This document shows, piece after piece, positions 28,730-38,279 of a stretch of DNA of 63,751 nt. The notes below the pieces were generated by a model, which worked only from the letters and a program-made list of their open reading frames with translations, was not told where the DNA came from and made no database searches. The first letter of the stretch is position 1. Every line of letters starts with the position of its first letter. The translations under genes and the position numbers were made by a program. This DNA comes from a candidate division WWE3 bacterium (GTDB lineage Bacteria > Patescibacteriota > WWE3 > UBA101185 > UBA10185), in assembly GCA_012798115.1 (NCBI GenBank), contig JAAZNV010000012.1:1-63751 (forward strand), read 5' to 3'.

Positions 28730-28790
28730 ACTTGTGCGTTTAAGTTTTTGGACATTACACACCGTGGTCCTCTATCCCTATCCCTGAGTT

Positions 28791-29108
28791 TTAATATATA
28801 CCATCTCCCTCAGGGGTAGACTCAAATTCATAGCCTAACTTGGCCATGAATTTCACCTCTTTCTCTGTTGGTTTTAACAGAGAAGGAGACACCTCTATGA
28901 TAGAGGCGTATCTTGCTGACATTAATAGACTAACGTCAGCAACTTTCGCGGTTGTTACACCACGAAAGATTTTTTGTTTTCCCTTATCACCTTCATACTC
29001 GGTGACGAGGGCTTTTCTTCCTTCTTTACCAGGAAGCCTTATAAAGGTTCCGGTAATGAGCCCTGAGTGATGAGATGTCCTCACCACTCTTCTATACCTA
29101 TAAATCAT
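28791..29108 (-). CDS. Hypothetical basic protein (105 aa)
   Basis: Start ATG 29108 with SD AAGGGGG, ATGA-coupled to the upstream small ORF. Confidence 0.6.
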   Translation of the reverse strand: MIYRYRRVVRTSHHSGLITGTFIRLPGKEGRKALVTEYEGDKGKQKIFRGVTTAKVADVSLLMSARYASIIEVSPSLLKPTEKEVKFMAKLGYEFESTPEGDGIY

Positions 29109-29269
29109 TTTCTTCCCCCTTCTGATACATCCAGAAGGAGGATGGTAATTATAATCACTGTCATAATCCCCAATACCGTGTTCACAACTTGGGGAAAAAC
29201 AATCACTGCGACCACATAGATCACAGTGAAACCGCATAAAATTCCCATCAACTTCTCTTTTGTTCTCAT
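29105..29269 (-). CDS. Small two-TM membrane protein (54 aa)
   Basis: MRTKEKLMGILCGFTVIYVVAVIVFPQVVNTVLGIMTVIIITILLLDVSEGGRK; SD GAGGA; stop overlaps the next start. Confidence 0.6.
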   Translation of the reverse strand: MRTKEKLMGILCGFTVIYVVAVIVFPQVVNTVLGIMTVIIITILLLDVSEGGRK

Positions 29270-29310
29270 TTTTCCTCTTCTCCAAAGGACTGATCTTGTC
29301 CAATGGTTGG

Positions 29311-29336
29311 TGCATACATATATACGTATGTATGCA
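29311..29336. promoter_or_regulatory. Perfect 10-bp inverted repeat, candidate operator or RNA hairpin
   Basis: TGCATACATA-TATACG-TATGTATGCA. Confidence 0.55.
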
Positions 29337-29369
29337 CACAATCATTTGGCAAAATAAAAATGAAAATAT

Positions 29370-29976
29370 TTAGCTATTCTTGGGATATTCAATTGTAAAA
29401 GTACTCCTTCTTTCTTACTTACTATCTGGTTTTGGTACTATACTTTTCGTACAGTACCTAATCAGAAAGCAAATGCTTAACGTACTTCTCCTTTGTGTAA
29501 CAGTCATAAATTTACTTACTACAAAGGGTAGGTTTGTAACAAACAAATTAATGTTTATTACTTGTCTTTAGTCTCTTTTTATTTGAGCCACTCTGTACTC
29601 TAAAAGTACCAGATTCTCTAATTCATTCTTTTAGTCATTCCTAAACTTCTTTGCTAAAAGATATACTTGTTAGCAACCGCTTGGGTAGGAAATATTAGGC
29701 TGACATCTACTTAAGATAATTTGTCTTAAGCAAAAATCTGTCTAAGATATCGGTAGGCCAGTTTGAACTCTCTCCTTAAATAAATAGGTATAAAGTACCT
29801 TCAACTTTAGAAAGAAAACAGTGTTCCGTGTATCTTGGGCAGATTTTCACCTAAGAAACAAAATTAGCTCGGTTCCTTTAACCCGAGCTTATACTTTTAG
29901 CTTTAAACCTTATCAACTAAGGTCCGGTAGGAACAAGCTTTGATCATTATATTTTAAATGTTCTCTCTAACTTTCT
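29370..29976 (-). ncRNA. Candidate long structured ncRNA or leader (~600 nt)
   Basis: Promoter TTGACA-17-TACAAT at 30011-29983; at least 7 hairpins; no convincing ORF. Confidence 0.5.
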
Positions 29977-29982
29977 AAATAT

Positions 29983-30011
29983 ATTGTATCTCATAGTTTA
30001 ATATTTGTCAA
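29983..30011 (-). promoter_or_regulatory. Near-consensus sigma70 promoter divergent from trmB-like gene
   Basis: TTGACA-17 bp-TACAAT. Confidence 0.75.
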
Positions 30012-30138
30012 GTACTTTGACTAGATCTACAAGACATTAATAGAGCTATTATGTACGTTCTATAGAATAATTGTACTATAAGATTATAGGTATGTCAATA
30101 CCGTTGACAGTATATTGGAAAGTTGCTTATATGTATAT

Positions 30139-30942
30139 ATGTCTCTAATTAATGAGGTTCTTACTCAAGCAGGCTTAGATAGCAAAGAAGCATCTGTTTA
30201 CTCCACCCTACTTAATAATGGCGGTCTTACTGTACTAGAGATTGCAAATAAATCTGAGCAAAAAAGAACTAACCTTTATAACATCCTTGAAGATCTTAAA
30301 CAACAAAACTTAGTAAAAGAAGTTAAAGAAGGCACAACTACCAAATACTTTCCTCAGTCCCCCAAGGAAATTGAGAAATTATTAGAGAGAAAATCACAAA
30401 TGGTTCATCATGCAAAACTTAACTACGAAATACTCATTAACTCTCTTCAATCACAATTTACACTCATAGAAAACAAACCTTTGATAACATATCTTGAGGG
30501 TATTAAAGGCTTACATAGACTTTATGAAGACATAAATGATACTGGAGAAGATATATTGTTGTTAAGATCTGCTTACGATGACAAGAGAAAAGACGTAGAT
30601 AATTTAGTGTCTGCACAAATAGTAGAACAAGTCAAAAGAGGAATACATGCAAAAGTAATAGGACCATTAGAAGACATTGAAGAGGCAAAATCACTGTATA
30701 CAAAGTACGACAAGATAAGATTAGTTGAAGAAAGGTATATCAAAAACTTTCCTTTTAATCTACCAGCTCAGGTAACCGTATATGGAACCAAAACTGCAAT
30801 CTCCACGATAAGAAAAGACATTATTATTACAATAATAGATAACAAAGATACTACCGATACCTTTAGAACGTTATTTGATTTTATATGGAAATACTCTACC
30901 CCTGAGCATAACAACATAGTAAAGAACTGGGTGCAGGAGTGA
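30139..30942 (+). CDS. TrmB-family transcriptional regulator
   Basis: GLDSKEASVYSTLL...IANKSEQKRTNLYNILEDL wHTH, YLEGIKG, PLD-like effector domain; near-leaderless ATG 30139. Confidence 0.9.
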   Translation: MSLINEVLTQAGLDSKEASVYSTLLNNGGLTVLEIANKSEQKRTNLYNILEDLKQQNLVKEVKEGTTTKYFPQSPKEIEKLLERKSQMVHHAKLNYEILINSLQSQFTLIENKPLITYLEGIKGLHRLYEDINDTGEDILLLRSAYDDKRKDVDNLVSAQIVEQVKRGIHAKVIGPLEDIEEAKSLYTKYDKIRLVEERYIKNFPFNLPAQVTVYGTKTAISTIRKDIIITIIDNKDTTDTFRTLFDFIWKYSTPEHNNIVKNWVQE

Positions 30943-30949
30943 GTTAGAC

Positions 30950-33223
30950 CTATCTCACAAACCTTGATTTGATATACCCTCTAAATTTTTCTGCAACCTC
31001 AGGAAAATGATTTGCAACTTCTGGCTTAAATGAAAGTTCACTATGACCACCTTCTGATCCTTCTACAAGCCCCAAAACACGTCCAACACGTTGCGAAGGC
31101 CAAATTCCAGCACTTCTATCAGGTTTCCCTACTCCTATATCTAAAGAAACAACTGTAGGCTTATCTACTTCACCAATAAAATCCCCATAGTCACTTAAGT
31201 CAAGACTAATTCTTGCATTATCCTTAGTTTTTGAATTTGTTACACTAAAATTTATTCTAGCTTCACCGCCCAAAATACTACCTTTCTTTATAGTTGACTT
31301 AGGTCTTATAGAAATTACAATGCGATTTTCTAATTTATCAACCAGTACAAAGGAGGTTGAGGCAGACTTAACTAGGACACCATCTTTATCATACTCATCT
31401 TGGGTCTGCGGCTTTTGCTCAAGTCGTAAACCTGAATCTTCTTCATATACACCCTTTAGAGCTCTTAAAGAAAAGACCATAGTATTCATGTTTTTCAGTA
31501 GTTCCTTTATCGTTATATCTCCACCCTCACCCTTGGCTATAATCTGTGCTGCTTTAAAGAACTCGGCATTTTTTCTCACAAAAGCCTCATACACTTGCGG
31601 AGCAAATTCATAACCAATATCTGTCTCTGTTTGCTTAAAAATTTCTCGCAAACCTAATGCTTCATTTGCAACACAATAAAAATTCTTAAGCACGGCTAAC
31701 TTTTCTTCCTTTTCTAACTTTGAAGTTTCTGCAAAATCAAGTATTTCCTGTCCAGAGCCACCATACTCTAAAGCTAAAAATGACTTAAGTCCATATTCAC
31801 CATATTCTGTAACAAACTTTCTTAGTCGTTCTAGTTCCTTAGTATCTTCTTGATTAGATAGTTTTAAATAATTAAGGAGAAACCACCCTTGCTCATGTAG
31901 ATCAAGCGAATTTAATTTTACTCCTGTACCTTTAAAAAACTTATCGTTAAAAATATTTTCATAGTTCTCCAAGAACAACTGCAGGTATTTATCTCTTTGT
32001 TGCCTTTGTATAGGTGTTTCGTCTGCTTTTGGCAGGAATAACTCCTGCGACATCAACTGACGCACTTCAGTTTGAATCACATCTTCTTTTGAATAAAGAT
32101 TTAGCGGAAAAACCCCTTTAATACTTCCTTCTTCCAGTACTGCCATCAAACCCGAGCTATTTAATCTCCTTACAAAAAAGTCAGGATCGTTGTATTTACC
32201 TAAATCATATAATTTACCAAGGTATTCAACGCCTTTTTCTGTAACACCAACATTACCAAGTTCAAGTCTAAAAAGAATCTCTGCACTCATTCTTCTTGTT
32301 AGAGTGTCATTACTCTTTAGATTTTTCAACAAGTACGGAACGGCATTTTCTGCACCAAGATTTTCAAATGCTTCAACATAATTTCCTAAACTTCCTTCTG
32401 ATCTCACACTTAAGTATTCTGTCAAAAACCTTGCAGCTATTGGTCTTTCTTTTTCACTCCATGAGTAATTAGCAATAGCTTTAACAACAGTAGAGTGAAA
32501 TTTTCTATACTCTGGATCAGCAAACTCCAAATACGTATCTTTGTTGTAGTATACGTCTTCATCATAGTCATAACTAATCTCCCCATACTCTCTAGATAAA
32601 ATCTGCTGGTAGGAACTAGTCTTAACATCAGTAATATACTCGGATGCTTTTTCTATTGAAGGAAATGCAGATGCACCATTAATATTCAACATACTAACAA
32701 CCAACTCAGATGCTCTGTTGAAATACCAAGAGTCAAACTCATACTGCTTTTGTATGTACTCCTCAAGTCTAGTTATTACAGAGGAACGATCTGTAGCACT
32801 GCCACTCGTGCTTAATTTTTCAAGTTTGCTTAATGCAGGTAGAAAAGCCTTGTTCATAAGATAGCAATATGCGCCTGATTCTACTGGTGAGTCATCATAA
32901 TAAATACTCCCCTTCACTACCTTCTTTCCTAGCCAATCCCCCATAAAAAGCTTGTCAACTTGTTGAAGATGATTAAAAACTGCGTCTAATGATTTAGCTT
33001 CATCCAAACTTTGTGCAACTTTTGGTATTACATCAGCATAAGTGTTTTCGACATCCTTCCTTTCCCACTCTGCAATGGAATAACTCTTTTTATCAACAAC
33101 ATTCTCTGGTAATTCCTTCACACCAGGCCATAACTCTTCAATCAAATCCCCGCTTAAATACTCATGTTCTTGACCTTCCTCTACAGGTATTTTGGGTTGT
33201 TCAGTTTCAACGAAATTTGACAT
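30950..33223 (-). CDS. Large hypothetical protein with a HEAT-like repeat
   Basis: 757 aa; LGAENAVPYLLKNLKSNDTLTRRMSAEIL is HEAT/PBS-like. Confidence 0.7.
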   Translation of the reverse strand: MSNFVETEQPKIPVEEGQEHEYLSGDLIEELWPGVKELPENVVDKKSYSIAEWERKDVENTYADVIPKVAQSLDEAKSLDAVFNHLQQVDKLFMGDWLGKKVVKGSIYYDDSPVESGAYCYLMNKAFLPALSKLEKLSTSGSATDRSSVITRLEEYIQKQYEFDSWYFNRASELVVSMLNINGASAFPSIEKASEYITDVKTSSYQQILSREYGEISYDYDEDVYYNKDTYLEFADPEYRKFHSTVVKAIANYSWSEKERPIAARFLTEYLSVRSEGSLGNYVEAFENLGAENAVPYLLKNLKSNDTLTRRMSAEILFRLELGNVGVTEKGVEYLGKLYDLGKYNDPDFFVRRLNSSGLMAVLEEGSIKGVFPLNLYSKEDVIQTEVRQLMSQELFLPKADETPIQRQQRDKYLQLFLENYENIFNDKFFKGTGVKLNSLDLHEQGWFLLNYLKLSNQEDTKELERLRKFVTEYGEYGLKSFLALEYGGSGQEILDFAETSKLEKEEKLAVLKNFYCVANEALGLREIFKQTETDIGYEFAPQVYEAFVRKNAEFFKAAQIIAKGEGGDITIKELLKNMNTMVFSLRALKGVYEEDSGLRLEQKPQTQDEYDKDGVLVKSASTSFVLVDKLENRIVISIRPKSTIKKGSILGGEARINFSVTNSKTKDNARISLDLSDYGDFIGEVDKPTVVSLDIGVGKPDRSAGIWPSQRVGRVLGLVEGSEGGHSELSFKPEVANHFPEVAEKFRGYIKSRFVR

Positions 33224-33268
33224 ATTTTACACATTCATACTAAACATCACTACTTAATTGTATATAAA

Positions 33269-33841
33269 CTAAATAACTTCTTTGATAAAGATTCTAATAA
33301 CATCCTCTAACTTATTGGAAGGAATATCAGATAAAGCAACTCTCCAATCATCAATTAATATCTTTAAATCTTCATATAAACTATCTGCAGCATGATTTCT
33401 ATTTTCTATTGTATTTCTACTATCTCTGGAATTTGCAAACAACCCCGTGATTTTATGTTTATACAAAACAGCATTGGCCACTTTGTTTACATTCTGTCCC
33501 CCAGGCCCACCTGCTGAAAATTGACTGTAATCTAAATCTTTTGTTTCAACAAAAGGCTCTCCTAAATCTAAAGATTTAATCAACCAAGAACAGTATTTAT
33601 CTATATTTTTATCATTTACTTCCTTGTTTATATCTTTTGGAAAATGCTCTAGGGATTTGATAATTTTATCTTCTGCTTCTTTTAATCTTTTCTTTTGGGA
33701 GTTAGATATTTCTTCATCTTTTACTGCTTTTAATGTCTTTCCTCCTATACCTCCGCTTTTTCCACCACTTATACTTGTTACTATTTCATCTCCCAAACTA
33801 CTAGCTTCATCTATAGTTAAATCTTTAAAAATAACAGGCAT
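33269..33841 (-). CDS. GGQ-domain release-factor-like protein (ArfB/PrfH-like)
   Basis: AGGPGGQNVNKVANAV..KH..TG RF-1 domain preceded by an unrelated ~100 aa N-terminus. Confidence 0.8.
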   Translation of the reverse strand: MPVIFKDLTIDEASSLGDEIVTSISGGKSGGIGGKTLKAVKDEEISNSQKKRLKEAEDKIIKSLEHFPKDINKEVNDKNIDKYCSWLIKSLDLGEPFVETKDLDYSQFSAGGPGGQNVNKVANAVLYKHKITGLFANSRDSRNTIENRNHAADSLYEDLKILIDDWRVALSDIPSNKLEDVIRIFIKEVI

Positions 33842-33873
33842 ACAAAAATTATAGCAAATGGTAGTATTTTCAT

Positions 33874-34455
33874 ATGGAAGAAAAATATCCACCAAGCAAT
33901 AACGAAAAGCCCTTTGAAGTACCCAATGATGAGAAGCTTAAAGCTGTGAAAGACCCAGTAAAATTTTTAGAAAGTTATAAAAATAGCTCTGAATACGCAG
34001 AAGCATTAAATAAATTTAAATCTGGTAAAGACTCCTCCATTGCAACAGAAGAAGAGTGGAAGGAAGAATTTGAGGAACTTGATTTAGCAAGACAGACATT
34101 ACTTAAATTCTCTCAAAACAATGGAACCATTTTGTCTTTTTCTTCACAATATTACCCCAAAGGGTTCACAGAAGCTTATAATGACTACAGTGGAATGCTC
34201 AAAGATCTCCATAAGGGTAAGTATTTTGGTAAAGAAAGGGACGAAATTATCAAGTTTGATCAGATACGATCCCATTATCACAGTGAAGCTGCAAGTTGCC
34301 TTGTTAAGGCTGGTATAACCAAGTCAATCAAAATAGCAAGAGGTTTGGTAGAGTTAATGACTATTGACCAAAAGCTTGAAACTTTCAATAATGCATTCAT
34401 AGATGAAACTCAAAGAATAAAGTTCCAATTATCTAGTTCTCCAGAGGTATTTTAA
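33874..34455 (+). CDS. Hypothetical protein
   Basis: 193 aa ORF divergent from the GGQ gene. Confidence 0.65.
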   Translation: MEEKYPPSNNEKPFEVPNDEKLKAVKDPVKFLESYKNSSEYAEALNKFKSGKDSSIATEEEWKEEFEELDLARQTLLKFSQNNGTILSFSSQYYPKGFTEAYNDYSGMLKDLHKGKYFGKERDEIIKFDQIRSHYHSEAASCLVKAGITKSIKIARGLVELMTIDQKLETFNNAFIDETQRIKFQLSSSPEVF

Positions 34456-34528
34456 CCACGATCCTATAGTTGACCAAAAGAAACCAAAATGATAGAATTC
34501 TCACACTTAACATACACAAGGAGAGAAA

Positions 34529-34837
34529 ATGGAAATGGAAAGTATTCTCACCGAACTAAAGGATCTTCTTAGGAGTACAAAGGTCCAAGTCCAACTAAAA
34601 CAAGACGTTGACGTTATAGAAACAACAATTATTGGATCTGCGTACTCAATAGAAATTCGCAGAGTACTTGGTGAACAAAGGTACTTAGCACATATCGTTA
34701 AGTGTGGTGTAAGCATAGACAACTTTGATTCCACCAATATAAGAGAGTTAATGTTAGTTTGCTTACAAAGGATTGTAAACCTATTAGGAGGAGAAAGAGA
34801 ACTAATAGAGCAAAACCTTAGACAGCTCATTGAGTAA
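34529..34837 (+). CDS. Hypothetical protein (stand-alone unit)
   Basis: Promoter TTGACC-17-TAGAAT (34470-34498), SD AAGGAG, short hairpin after the stop. Confidence 0.7.
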   Translation: MEMESILTELKDLLRSTKVQVQLKQDVDVIETTIIGSAYSIEIRRVLGEQRYLAHIVKCGVSIDNFDSTNIRELMLVCLQRIVNLLGGERELIEQNLRQLIE

Positions 34838-34899
34838 AAAACCAGTGAGCTGTTTTTATTTCCTTTTAAACTTCTAGAAAATAAACTATCATTAACTCA

Positions 34900-36846
34900 A
34901 TGCCCAAATCTTCTTTGTTAAGAAAACAACTCTTTACATTCGTATATCTTTTCTTGTTTGCTTTTATTCCTACTAAAGTTTTTGCGGAAACAACTCCTCC
35001 CGTTACTACCGCCGAAAAAGAACCCCCTGCTCCAAATGGCAAACTTCTTTGGTACGTTACTCCAGTGGAAATAACACTCACATCTACTGACCTTGAAAGC
35101 GGTGTTAAGGAAATAAACTACAAGATAGATAGCAGCAACTGGGCAAAAAAAGACTTCACAGACACACTAAATTTAATATCTAATCCATCATTTGAAATGT
35201 CGGATGAAAATACTCCAATTTATACTAAAGATTGGGCAGTTGGAGTACAAGATCAGTATGTAACTTACTCAAGAGACAGTTTGAACTATAAACCAGGATT
35301 TGCAACAACTTCAATTCAAATATCGTCAACAGGAGGATCTTGGCACTCAATAAACAACTCAGATAACTTTGCCGTTTCTACTTCCTACAACAATATGAAT
35401 GCGTATGCATGGATAAAGACAGAAAGTGTTTCTGGTTCTGCATATTTTAAAGTATATGCAATATCTCAAGATCAAAGTGGTCAACAAACAATAAACTTAT
35501 TATCTACAAGTTCATCTTTAACAGGAACAAACGATTGGACGCAGCTATCATTAAACTTTGTTGTAGGAGTTGATAATGCTATTGGTGTCTATATGGAAAT
35601 AGGTATAGAAGGAGCAGGGACAGTGTGGATGGATGCAGTAAACATAAACAGCTCCTTAGCTCCAACTACCACTTTTACAGTAGCAACAGATGGAGAACAT
35701 ACAGTTCAATATTATGCAGTGGACAAAGCAGAAAACATAGAAAACATCAAAACTACCAGCTTTAAAATAGATCAAACACCACCAGGAAACTGGAGAGATT
35801 CCGGTGCAGTTAGGGCGTTATTCGGTAGTGATCACGAGCTTTATGTTTGGACCCACGTAGATGATACAACATCTGGATTATCAACACTTACTGATAAATT
35901 TCAATACACAACAAGAGTACATGATGGGTTTGGTAGATTCTCAACTTTATACAGTTGTAGCAGCACATGGCAACCAAACACATGGGCAGTACTAGTTAGC
36001 CCACCATTTTTACCAGGAGCATACTCTGCATACCTAATTACACCTAAAGTAGATTTTTGCGATAGTAACTGGAAGATATGTCACTACACTAGATTTTATG
36101 CCGAAGACTTAGCAGGAAATTCTTCCACTAAAGACATGTGTATAAACGGTCCATGGATAAAGGTTAGAGGGAAAGGAATAGTAAGATCAAACAATGATAT
36201 TGACATGATTTCAGAAGCTTACGAGGACAATACAGATGGATTAATAGAAACGAAAGGAAATTTTATAGACTTTTTTAATTCATCCGTTGGCTTATATATG
36301 AACAACTCTGTTAATCCTCCTGATTACGACTACAATAAATTCTTTAATATGACATCAAGTTCAAAAAACCAAATATCAACATCAGAAGATTTAATTTCAG
36401 CAGATGGAATTTACTTTGTAGACGGGGACTACGAGATAACATCTCAAAAAATACCAAGCAATTATTCTAGTGCTACCTTTAATCAAATAGTTTTCATAAA
36501 TGGAAACCTTAGGATATCTAGTGCAATTCAAGTAGCAAATAGTTCAACAGCATTGTTTATAGTAAAAGGAAATGTAGAAATAGCTAAGACAGTAACAACA
36601 ATTAAAGTAGGAATAATTTGTGATGGTTCAATATATACTGCATACAATATAACGGAAGGAGAAGCATCTTCTGCTATCACCATGAACGGAATTTTTATTG
36701 CAAATAAAATAGCTTTTCAAAGAACTCTTCAGGGTACACAAAACGAAAAATATCCTTCTGACGAAATAACATATGAACCTAAATATGTATTAAAACTAAG
36801 AGATTATATAGGTGTGAATGATATCCAATGGCTTTCTACAAACTAA
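34900..36846 (+). CDS. Secreted/surface protein with Ig-like (OmpL47-like) and carbohydrate-binding-like domains
   Basis: Signal peptide; SGVKEINYKID and DGEHTVQYYAVDKAEN Ig-like motifs flank an NLISNPSFE...WMDAV CBM-like insert; beta-rich C-terminus. Confidence 0.75.
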   Translation: MPKSSLLRKQLFTFVYLFLFAFIPTKVFAETTPPVTTAEKEPPAPNGKLLWYVTPVEITLTSTDLESGVKEINYKIDSSNWAKKDFTDTLNLISNPSFEMSDENTPIYTKDWAVGVQDQYVTYSRDSLNYKPGFATTSIQISSTGGSWHSINNSDNFAVSTSYNNMNAYAWIKTESVSGSAYFKVYAISQDQSGQQTINLLSTSSSLTGTNDWTQLSLNFVVGVDNAIGVYMEIGIEGAGTVWMDAVNINSSLAPTTTFTVATDGEHTVQYYAVDKAENIENIKTTSFKIDQTPPGNWRDSGAVRALFGSDHELYVWTHVDDTTSGLSTLTDKFQYTTRVHDGFGRFSTLYSCSSTWQPNTWAVLVSPPFLPGAYSAYLITPKVDFCDSNWKICHYTRFYAEDLAGNSSTKDMCINGPWIKVRGKGIVRSNNDIDMISEAYEDNTDGLIETKGNFIDFFNSSVGLYMNNSVNPPDYDYNKFFNMTSSSKNQISTSEDLISADGIYFVDGDYEITSQKIPSNYSSATFNQIVFINGNLRISSAIQVANSSTALFIVKGNVEIAKTVTTIKVGIICDGSIYTAYNITEGEASSAITMNGIFIANKIAFQRTLQGTQNEKYPSDEITYEPKYVLKLRDYIGVNDIQWLSTN

Positions 36847-36857
36847 CTCGTAAGATA

Positions 36858-38243
36858 TTAAAACTTCTTCTTAACCTTAAACTCTCCACTTGGTGTGTCT
36901 TCTACAATATATCCCATTCCAAGTATTTGCTTTCTTATGACATCAGCTTTATCCCAGATCCCATTTCTTCTGTATTCTCTTCTCATTTTAGCAAGATCTA
37001 TAATGTTATTAGGAATTTCATACCCAATGTGTTCTTGAAGCTTCAAACCCAAGAATTCATCCATTTTCAAAATAGTATTTAACTTTGAGTCCTCAGGTAT
37101 AGCACTTTTTAACAACTCCCAAACAACTGCCAAAGCTTCGGGGGTGTTAAAATCATCCTCCAGCTTTTCCCTAAATTTCTTGATATATTTATCAGAAATT
37201 TCAGCTTTTGGATCTTGCTCATAACTTCCTACTATTTCATATATTTTATTAAGAGAATTTTGCGCACTACTTAAAGCTTCCCAAGTAAAGTTAAGCGGTG
37301 TTCTATAATGAGCAGTCATGTATAAATATCTTAGATCAAGAGGATTAAAACCCTTGTTAACTACCTCACTTAAGGTATAAAAGTTTCCAAGGCTTTTACT
37401 CATCTTTCCGGCATCTACCATTAAAAACGCACTATGAATCCAGTAGTTTACAAATTTCTTTCCAGTAGCACATTCGCTCTGGGCTATCTCATTTTGATGA
37501 TGAATCATTTTTAAATCCTCACCACCTAAATGAATATCAATAGTATCCCCAAGCTCCGAAAGAACCATTGCAGAACACTCAAGATGCCATCCAGGAAAGC
37601 CAATACCCCATGGAGATTGCCACTCTTGTTGTCTTTTCTTGCTAGTGGGAGAAAATTTCCAAAGTGCAAAATCAGTGGGATTTTTCTTTTCAGGATTAGG
37701 ATCAATTCTTGCACCTTCTTTAATGTTTTCAACAGTAAGGCCAGATAATTCACCATAACTTGAAAACTTAGACGTATCAAAGTAAACACCATCAGATGTT
37801 TCATACGTATATCCTTTTTCTTCTAACGTGGCTATTAAATCAATTTGATCATCGACATACTCAGTTGCTCGCGTAAACTTTCTAGGTTCAGACAAGTTTA
37901 AGTCTTTATAACCCTTTAAAAACTCTTTAATATAAAAATCAACAATTTCTTTGGCTGATTTTCCTTCTTCAACAGCTTGCTTTTCAATCTTATCTTCTCC
38001 TCCTTCTGGATTACCTTGCTCTTCAAACAAATGACCAACATCAGTCATATTCATAACGAAGTCAACCTTATACCCGTTAAACCTTAGGGCTCTATAGACA
38101 AAGTCTGACAAAGAGAAAAGCCTCCAATTTCCTATGTGGGGATGCATGTAAACGGTTGGGCCACAGCAATACATTTTTACTAAACCAGACTCAATAGGTT
38201 TAAAATCTTCCAACTGTTTAGATAGTGAATTATAAATCTTCAT
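36858..38243 (-). CDS. cysS: Cysteine--tRNA ligase
   Basis: CGPTVY, HIGN, GWHLECSAM, KMSKSLGN. Confidence 0.98.
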   Translation of the reverse strand: MKIYNSLSKQLEDFKPIESGLVKMYCCGPTVYMHPHIGNWRLFSLSDFVYRALRFNGYKVDFVMNMTDVGHLFEEQGNPEGGEDKIEKQAVEEGKSAKEIVDFYIKEFLKGYKDLNLSEPRKFTRATEYVDDQIDLIATLEEKGYTYETSDGVYFDTSKFSSYGELSGLTVENIKEGARIDPNPEKKNPTDFALWKFSPTSKKRQQEWQSPWGIGFPGWHLECSAMVLSELGDTIDIHLGGEDLKMIHHQNEIAQSECATGKKFVNYWIHSAFLMVDAGKMSKSLGNFYTLSEVVNKGFNPLDLRYLYMTAHYRTPLNFTWEALSSAQNSLNKIYEIVGSYEQDPKAEISDKYIKKFREKLEDDFNTPEALAVVWELLKSAIPEDSKLNTILKMDEFLGLKLQEHIGYEIPNNIIDLAKMRREYRRNGIWDKADVIRKQILGMGYIVEDTPSGEFKVKKKF

Positions 38244-38279
38244 ATTGAGTAAAATAATATCACAAAGAGGTATTTATTG

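Noticed and set aside
29109..29345. Cys-rich zinc-finger-like N-terminus of ORF 28791..29345
   Set aside because: The same DNA is better explained by an SD-led 54-aa two-TM ORF in another frame whose stop overlaps ATG 29108.
29380..29571. 63-aa hydrophobic ORF on the plus strand
   Set aside because: TTG start without SD; the hydrophobicity follows from T-rich composition opposite the putative RNA. It cannot be fully excluded as a type I toxin.
29918..29938. SRP RNA helix 8 look-alike (AGGTCCGGTAGGAACAAGC)
   Set aside because: The loop is not GNRA, the conserved CAG/AGCA internal loop is not matched, and the AGGT is already paired in a local hairpin.
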